Shown here: piece after piece, positions 1 to 5,182 of the stretch
How the letters are laid out: each line of letters starts with the position of its first letter
Numbering within the stretch: position 1 is the first letter of the stretch
From: Amoeboradix gromovi X-113
Taxonomy: Eukaryota > Fungi > Sanchytriomycota
Length of the DNA: 10,876 bases
Assembly (NCBI GenBank): GCA_018985225.1
Contig: JADGIF010000328.1
Span: 1 to 10,876 of the forward strand
Direction of reading: 5' to 3'
Translations under genes and position numbers: made by a program
Notes under the pieces: model-generated
Seen by the model: only the letters and a program-made list of their open reading frames with translations
The model's database searches: none
What the model was told of the DNA's origin: nothing

Positions 1-7
1 ACGAGAG

Positions 8-121
8 TTCGCCTATTGCCTAGGGTGAAGAAATATGGGACACTACTGTGAAAATTTCAACTGGGTAAATCTCGTCACCCGTTTTTTACCCCCAGTTTAC
101 TTTTTACAGAGTGTGTCCCAA
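8..121 (+). promoter_or_regulatory. Structured leader element upstream of uS14m: small hairpin (8-29), 6-nt linker, long terminal hairpin (36-120); may extend beyond the window start
   Basis: TTCGCC(8-13)/GGTGAA(24-29); TGGGACAC(36-43)/GTGTCCCA(113-120); CTGTGAAAA/TTTTTACAG; AACTGGG/CCCAGTT. It ends 11 nt before the ATG at 132 and resembles the element at 10792-10874. Confidence 0.7.
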
Positions 122-131
122 GTAATCAAAA

Positions 132-431
132 ATGCCAATTAGTAAAATGATTAAGGATCAATTCTACAGAAAGCAAGTAAGCACGACTGAGCATATGAGA
201 AACGCTTTAAAATATATAACAAGAACTGAGGAAGCAACGCAAAGGCAGAGAATTTTAGCGCAGTATGCTTTGACTGAAAGCGATATTTCGACAAGGCCGC
301 ATGCCATTAGGAACAGATGTATCTACACAGGAAGAAGCAGGTTTGTATTCAAAGATTTGAAAATGTGTCGACAACAATTGAAAGAAAGAGTGAAAGACGG
401 AAAACTTGATGTGCAGTTAAGTAAATGGTAA
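132..431 (+). CDS. MRP2: Mitochondrial ribosomal protein S14 (uS14m), 99 aa
   Basis: uS14 C-terminal signature IRNRCIYTGRSR...CRQQLKE...GKL...SKW, and N-terminal KD..R....E..R.ALKYI typical of the mitochondrial long form. Confidence 0.9.
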   Translation: MPISKMIKDQFYRKQVSTTEHMRNALKYITRTEEATQRQRILAQYALTESDISTRPHAIRNRCIYTGRSRFVFKDLKMCRQQLKERVKDGKLDVQLSKW

Positions 432-455
432 TTTTCTTTATTCGGAGTAAGCCAC

Positions 456-674
456 TCAAAAGTGAACACCGGATGCTACCAATGCACTCATCAATCCCAA
501 GGCCCAGCTAAATGACCCCAAAGTAGCAACAATCAGCTCGGATACCAGGGATCTCTCTTTTTTTCCCAACAAGTACAAAAAATATGAAGTAAATGTAGTT
601 CCTACCAGACAGGTACTTAGAGCTAACTGTGATGGTGCCGCAATTGATGGTAGTACACCTTGAAAGACTTGCAT
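456..674 (-). CDS. OST5: Oligosaccharyltransferase small subunit OST5/TMEM258, 72 aa
   Basis: Two hydrophobic helices. The C-terminus SLVSELIVATLGSFSWALGLMSALVASGVHF matches the Ost5/TMEM258 pattern (EL..A..AS...G.G.......GVY). Confidence 0.8.
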   Translation of the reverse strand: MQVFQGVLPSIAAPSQLALSTCLVGTTFTSYFLYLLGKKERSLVSELIVATLGSFSWALGLMSALVASGVHF

Positions 675-711
675 GTTCCAGTTTGAAAAAGTTTATTAAA
701 ATTAATGTGAG

Positions 712-951
712 TTACAGATTTTCAGTCATAGAAAGCAATTTCAGATTTAAGTATTTCGGCGGAGATCCAAGATCTTCTTCATGTGCTCCTTCGCGAATTG
801 ATTCCTCAACTTCTACAGATTCTTCGAGAGTATTTATTCTACATTGATGTTCGTCACCTTTATTATTTATGTATGTAGGTAGGCAAAGATCGCATTCATC
901 CTCTTTTTCGTCGTATTGAAAGTAAATTCTTATTTTTTTAGAAAGCTCCAT
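712..951 (-). CDS. Hypothetical small acidic protein, 79 aa (MELSKKIRIYF...), with a CxxC...HxC segment
   Basis: First ATG in the ORF is at 951. It fills the gap between OST5 and RTT109, and its TAA is followed by an AT-rich tail containing AATAAA, like other genes here. No family recognised. Confidence 0.5.
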   Translation of the reverse strand: MELSKKIRIYFQYDEKEDECDLCLPTYINNKGDEHQCRINTLEESVEVEESIREGAHEEDLGSPPKYLNLKLLSMTENL

Positions 952-974
952 TTTAAATTTTGTGTTACAGGAGC

Positions 975-1715
975 ATGAAAGTGATCGGTTCACAGGTTAC
1001 TAGGCTCAATTACATCACAAAGTTATTCTATTTAATTGAAGACAGCAATATTTGCTGCGGAGTTCTGCTACATGTCTACAATGATAAAATATTTATTGAC
1101 AAGGTGGATACATCAAGTTACTCAAAGAAATATTTTGTATCTTTTTTATTGACGCTGGCACTAGAAAGTGAAGCTTCTAATAGCAAAACTGTTTATCTTA
1201 CTAGCAAGCCAAGTGAATATCTATTTTGCGATTCAAATAGAATTCCAATGGAAGATCAGTCATTAATTAGATGGTGGTTAAATTTTTTTAGTAATTTAAA
1301 CGTACAAGGAGATTTTTACATTCCTAATGAGCAACCCACGCACTTCATGCTACCTCCGAATGTGAACTTCACAGTGTTTGATCGATATGACTTTAAAGCC
1401 GATGGAATAGATGATCCTAGTAAGCCTTGGGATGAAATGACTGAGTATATAGGATGTTTCTGCCTTAAAATATCTGATTTAGGCTCCAGCACAATTCTTT
1501 GTAAATCGTTGTCTTATTCGCAACTAAATATAACAATTAATGAAATTAGAAAATCCAATTTTCAATTTCCAATAAAAAATATCTCCAAAAACTTTCAGCA
1601 GAATCCAACCGGTAGATTTGAGGAATTTAAAGCATCTCGCGCCTCGAAAGCTGTGCAACCTAAAAGAAAAGCTGTAAATATCAACAATTTAATCAAGAAA
1701 AAGAAGAGAGTATGA
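975..1715 (+). CDS. RTT109: Histone H3K56 acetyltransferase Rtt109 (KAT11), highly reduced, 246 aa
   Basis: Rtt109 motifs in order: FIDKVDTSSY (SKADT), SKPSEYLFCDS (QYLFP.S), DQSLIRWW, FYIP, DDP, WDEM, and basic tail VNINNLIKKKK. First ATG is at 975; the ORF track starts at an upstream TTG. Confidence 0.82.
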   Translation: MKVIGSQVTRLNYITKLFYLIEDSNICCGVLLHVYNDKIFIDKVDTSSYSKKYFVSFLLTLALESEASNSKTVYLTSKPSEYLFCDSNRIPMEDQSLIRWWLNFFSNLNVQGDFYIPNEQPTHFMLPPNVNFTVFDRYDFKADGIDDPSKPWDEMTEYIGCFCLKISDLGSSTILCKSLSYSQLNITINEIRKSNFQFPIKNISKNFQQNPTGRFEEFKASRASKAVQPKRKAVNINNLIKKKKRV

Positions 1716-1725
1716 GGAGATCTAT

Positions 1726-3018
1726 TTATAAAATACATTTGAAGAATTTCAATAAATTAGCGGATTCTTTTACAATTTCGCCATTCTTTTCAAATATTAC
1801 GTCCAAAAACTCTAACAAGCCAGAAAAGTACAAAACATTGCTCAAGTTATTTTCATCAATCTTTTTTCCGAATGAAACCATACATACATCATACACTCGA
1901 TCCAGAAGTGAAAATTCAGGGTTTATTATTATGTAAAAATATTCATCGATTTCCTCGTTTAAGATAAGTTTCAAAGATTTCGCGATCTTATTGCCATTCT
2001 TGAGCAATGCTGAAATAAAAATTTTGTGTTTCTCCCTTTGAAAATGTAGAACGCTTGATTTAATGCATAAAACGCAGAGTCCTAGGTTCAAGTCCGAATT
2101 CAGATGCGAGTTTGTCACTGATATTTTTGAAAAGTTGTCAGAAGCACTGTAGCTTCCAGCTTGAAGTAGAAAAGTAAATTCCGTTCCGATAGCACTTAAA
2201 ACTATATCATTTGATTCGTTTTTCACCAGGTCGAACCGCTCTACTCTTGGAATGCTGTTTTGCGTGGCAACTATAAAATTTTCAGAGCGCAAATTATCTT
2301 CTTCTGAGCCTTTGTTTGCCACAAAATGCAAAACGTCTAACTCGGATGTCATTATTTTCTTGTTTTTAAATATTTCATCAAGGTTCACGCGTTGTTTAAC
2401 AAACACATCCTTTGTTGATATGAAGTTTACACCACAATTGTCTAATTGTGGATAGTATCGTGAAATATGGATTTCATTAAAGTTTCCAAAAATCCTGCAC
2501 AAGTCTATCAAGTCAGGATTCGTGATTTTGCAAAAGCCCATGTTGTTGTACTTAATATCATCCTCAATTTCGAAACATCTAGTTGAAATTCGGGAAAAAT
2601 ATATCTTGATCAACTCTATAGTATAACAAGGTAATTTTTCAAATTTTATTGAGTTGAAGTCCATGAATATTTTGTGAAATTCATCCAATTCACCATTTCG
2701 ACTCAAAAACAGATTGATATCTTTCTCACTGAATATATCTATTACATCTTCTCCATCAAATAAGTTGTTTATATAACAGGATTTAAGTGCTTCAATATTT
2801 AGATTTATCTCAACCTCATTTTCACGGCGATACAATTCATTCTTCTGCATTTCCAACTCCAATTTCTTTGAGCCGAATGCATCAAACTGTAGCTTCAAAT
2901 TGATTGCGCTACTAAGGAAATCTTTTTGGGCGCCTCTATCAAATAACAAATACAGATTGAAATCATCTAAAAGCTTTTGGGATTTCTTTCCGAGTTTTGC
3001 TGCCTTTTTCTTGCTCAT
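1726..3018 (-). CDS. Hypothetical protein, 430 aa
   Basis: Long ATG-initiated ORF that fills the space between RTT109 and the PTP gene. Lysine-rich N-terminus; no family recognised. Confidence 0.75.
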   Translation of the reverse strand: MSKKKAAKLGKKSQKLLDDFNLYLLFDRGAQKDFLSSAINLKLQFDAFGSKKLELEMQKNELYRRENEVEINLNIEALKSCYINNLFDGEDVIDIFSEKDINLFLSRNGELDEFHKIFMDFNSIKFEKLPCYTIELIKIYFSRISTRCFEIEDDIKYNNMGFCKITNPDLIDLCRIFGNFNEIHISRYYPQLDNCGVNFISTKDVFVKQRVNLDEIFKNKKIMTSELDVLHFVANKGSEEDNLRSENFIVATQNSIPRVERFDLVKNESNDIVLSAIGTEFTFLLQAGSYSASDNFSKISVTNSHLNSDLNLGLCVLCIKSSVLHFQREKHKIFISALLKNGNKIAKSLKLILNEEIDEYFYIIINPEFSLLDRVYDVCMVSFGKKIDENNLSNVLYFSGLLEFLDVIFEKNGEIVKESANLLKFFKCIL

Positions 3019-3045
3019 TAAAACTGGCCTAATTAAATCTATTAA

Positions 3046-3888
3046 TTATTTGAGTGATTTATTTGAACTAGAAAGTACCCTTTTTGATATACTGCCATAC
3101 AGCTTGAGGCAAAATTCTAATTGCTCTATTGTCTGTACAAAATACACACGCTGCTTTCTATAATCTGTAACTAACTTGTAAATCAGATCAGAATCCTCTG
3201 CCTGATCTTGCATGAAGTCTAAAGCAGACAGCATTGTAATGAAGACACCAGTGCGCCCACACCCTGCGCTGCAATGAACGCATATGTTTTTAAATATATG
3301 TCTTTCTTTTGTGAACTGATAAAAGAAAAAAAGAAAATCAAGAAGCGCTGTGGAATCGACAACACTTCTGTCAACCCACCCAAGAAAGTGGAAGTGATGC
3401 ACCTTTTTTGTGATGTTGTTGCACTCTATCTCAAATTCTCGCATTATTACATTATTGCAATTATTGGGCAACTCTTCGAAGGTTTCCGTTTTAATTTCCG
3501 ACAGGTTCCTGATAATTAATCCTTCGAAATAGAGACACTCAGAGGCGCTGGGCCAATATGTATGGCAGTTTCCTCTATGAAAAGCAGCATCTGACTTGGA
3601 ACTCGCATCTTCTACCAGCATTACTATTACTTTTACATCATTAAAATGCACCATTTTCCAGAAATCCACAAAAGTCGTAGGTATTGGGCCCTGAGTAGCT
3701 ATGAAATCAATTTTACAGATTTCACTCTTTAAAAAACTAGCATTTACGTAACAGGGTTTGTCAACAATATTGAAGTCATATGGCTTAACATCTCCATACC
3801 TGTTTTTCTTCAGATTTTTATCTGCTATTTCACTGCTAGAGGTGAAGTCTGTAGCGATTAATTTGTTGAAAACGTTGAATGAATTCAT
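3046..3888 (-). CDS. Classical (class I) non-receptor protein tyrosine phosphatase, 280 aa
   Basis: KNRY pTyr loop, YVNAS, FIATQGP, DFWKMV, YWP, WVD (WPD loop), P-loop VHCSAGCGRTG and Q-loop VQTIEQ. Confidence 0.96.
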   Translation of the reverse strand: MNSFNVFNKLIATDFTSSSEIADKNLKKNRYGDVKPYDFNIVDKPCYVNASFLKSEICKIDFIATQGPIPTTFVDFWKMVHFNDVKVIVMLVEDASSKSDAAFHRGNCHTYWPSASECLYFEGLIIRNLSEIKTETFEELPNNCNNVIMREFEIECNNITKKVHHFHFLGWVDRSVVDSTALLDFLFFFYQFTKERHIFKNICVHCSAGCGRTGVFITMLSALDFMQDQAEDSDLIYKLVTDYRKQRVYFVQTIEQLEFCLKLYGSISKRVLSSSNKSLK

Positions 3889-4005
3889 GAGAATTATTTA
3901 GCGGAGAAAACTTGAAATAAACGAGACCCATTCTGACAAAGCGTCCTAATTTTTAAGTAGGAGTAACATCTAGAAACCACACTTGACATCTTCATGTCGT
4001 CAGAT
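3888..4005 (-). promoter_or_regulatory. Candidate structured leader of the PTP gene
   Basis: On the sense strand, TCTGAC/GTCAGA encloses GACAT/ATGTC and TCCTA/TAGGA hairpins. A weak terminal hairpin follows (TGGG...TTATTT/AAATAA...CTCA) and runs into the ATG. Confidence 0.4.
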
Positions 4006-4113
4006 AAGAAAGTTAATCAGGAACAACAGGCGATGTGCTGTGACTGTGAATATGACAGACGAAACAAGACATCCAAATGCTGCCTTGTTTTTGAGCAAGA
4101 CGATATTAAAACA

Positions 4114-4314
4114 TTAAGCGAGAATATGAAATGGCTATCGGTTGATATACTGCAGTATATGCTAGGTGCTAACCAGCCAAGCTGTTTTGAAAGATGTGTT
4201 GCCATTGCATTTTCATGTTGAGAAAAGGCTTAAAGGCATATTATGGGACTGATACGTGTTTACAGGAGGTGCTCCAACTTGCAGTTGGGGACATTTTCTG
4301 AAATTGGGTTCCAA
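4114..4314 (+). promoter_or_regulatory. Candidate structured leader of uS12m, with terminal hairpin 4244-4313
   Basis: TGGGAC/GTTCCA, TGAT/ATTG, CAGGAGGTG/CATTTTCTG and CTCCAAC/GTTGGGG. Upstream domain: TTAAGC/GCTTAA, AATATGAAA/TTTCATGTT, TGGCT/AGCCA and the palindrome ATATACTGCAGTATAT. Confidence 0.6.
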
Positions 4315-4710
4315 ATGCTAGCTACTAGGTTTTTATCTGCTACATTAAATCAGTGTATACGAGGTATTAGGAAGCAAACTCAAAAGAAAGTGAACTCTCC
4401 TGCCCTGCAACAATGCCCTCAGAAGAAAGGTGTTATTACACAATTGTTAATTTTATCTCCAAAAAAACCAAATTCAGCAAACAGAAAGGTAGCGAGGGTT
4501 AGGCTGTCTACTGGTAAGCAAATTCTAGCATATATCAAAGGCGAAGGCCATTCTTTGCAAGAACATGCAGTTGTTCTTGTACAAGGAAAAGGACCAAAAG
4601 ACTTGCCAGGTGTAAACTATTCAATAATTCGTGGAACTTTAGATGCAGCAGGCGTTGAAAAAAGAATTACTTCGAGGTCAAAATACGGAACAAAGAAGCC
4701 TAAAGAATAA
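4315..4710 (+). CDS. MRPS12: Mitochondrial ribosomal protein S12 (uS12m), 131 aa
   Basis: [44 protein letters not shown] and [17 protein letters not shown] resembles a short mitochondrial presequence, so ATG 4315 is preferred over the in-frame ATG 4243. Confidence 0.95.
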   Translation: MLATRFLSATLNQCIRGIRKQTQKKVNSPALQQCPQKKGVITQLLILSPKKPNSANRKVARVRLSTGKQILAYIKGEGHSLQEHAVVLVQGKGPKDLPGVNYSIIRGTLDAAGVEKRITSRSKYGTKKPKE

Positions 4711-4740
4711 ATTTTCATATAAATTTAAAGCGTTATAGTT

Positions 4741-5182
4741 TAGCTTATGAACTCATAGCTTGTGAATCAATTCGCTGTTCTGCTCATCAAAGTCCTGGCT
4801 TACTAAGATATGAAGAATCTCCACAGGGAACTTACAAACCTTGTCGTCACGTATTGGATGAGAGTCTCGCATACAAGGTTGACCTTTTTGGGGACGAGCT
4901 GATTACCAAGGTGATAACGATAAATAAATCTCTTTTGTACCATCGGGTAGTTTCTTTAGAAGACTGTATACTGTATTTCTTAGTGATCTTTTGAGATGTA
5001 ATATACACTGGTCCAGATGACTCGAACAATTGTGATAAGTGTGGAAAATGATATTCAATTTTAATTCAATTACAAAACTTTGCAAATAAAATCGATCGCG
5101 GTTGCAAGGTCACGTAATCACAACTAATGGTTTATTGAATCAAAACTAATTCCTGTTTTTTTCATAACAACAGGGTAAACCA
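4741..5182 (+). promoter_or_regulatory. Candidate ~440-nt structured leader or ncRNA upstream of SPT16
   Basis: Consecutive stem-loop domains at 4760-4837, 4841-4923, 4965-5007 and 5030-5123, then terminal hairpin TGGTTTAT(5128-5135)/GTAAACCA(5175-5182) abutting the ATG. Confidence 0.6.

Noticed and set aside
36-120. Leader hairpins as MITEs with TGG...CCA terminal inverted repeats
   Set aside because: No consistent target-site duplication, homology extends outside the inverted repeat, and G-U pairs are biased to one strand. Kept only as a secondary hypothesis.
3575-3595. Possible in-frame 21-nt intron in the PTP gene (sense GTCAGATGCTGCTTTTCATAG) that would shorten an apparent insertion
   Set aside because: Weak donor and no A at -6, unlike the two supported introns, and the ORF is open without it. 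RNA-seq would be needed.
3994-4221. 75-aa Cys-rich ORF (small Tim- or metallothionein-like?)
   Set aside because: It has no twin CX3C/CX9C spacing and no recognisable family, and it overlaps strongly base-paired sequence. Not fully excluded.
4780-4800. Minus-strand CCAGG...AGCAG resembling SRP RNA helix 8; plus-strand AAAGTCC resembling RNase MRP CR-I
   Set aside because: There is no GNRA-capped stem between the SRP motifs, and no CR-V partner for P4 was found.
4704-4993. ~96-codon stop-free frame on +, and 60-aa minus ORFs (one faintly SRP14-like, GPVYITSQK)
   Set aside because: No ATG or plausible tiny-intron link to one, and the downstream SRP14 motifs are absent.
4959-5000. AAGACTGTATACT...GTGATCTTTT resembling the U3 snoRNA 5' end
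   Set aside because: Box A (GGATCATTTCT) matches poorly, and no convincing B/C/D boxes follow.
4858-5032. 9-mers ATGAGAGTC and GAACAATTG shared with 10156-10175
   Set aside because: They are in opposite orientation relative to the downstream genes, and 9-mer matches between regions of this size are near chance.
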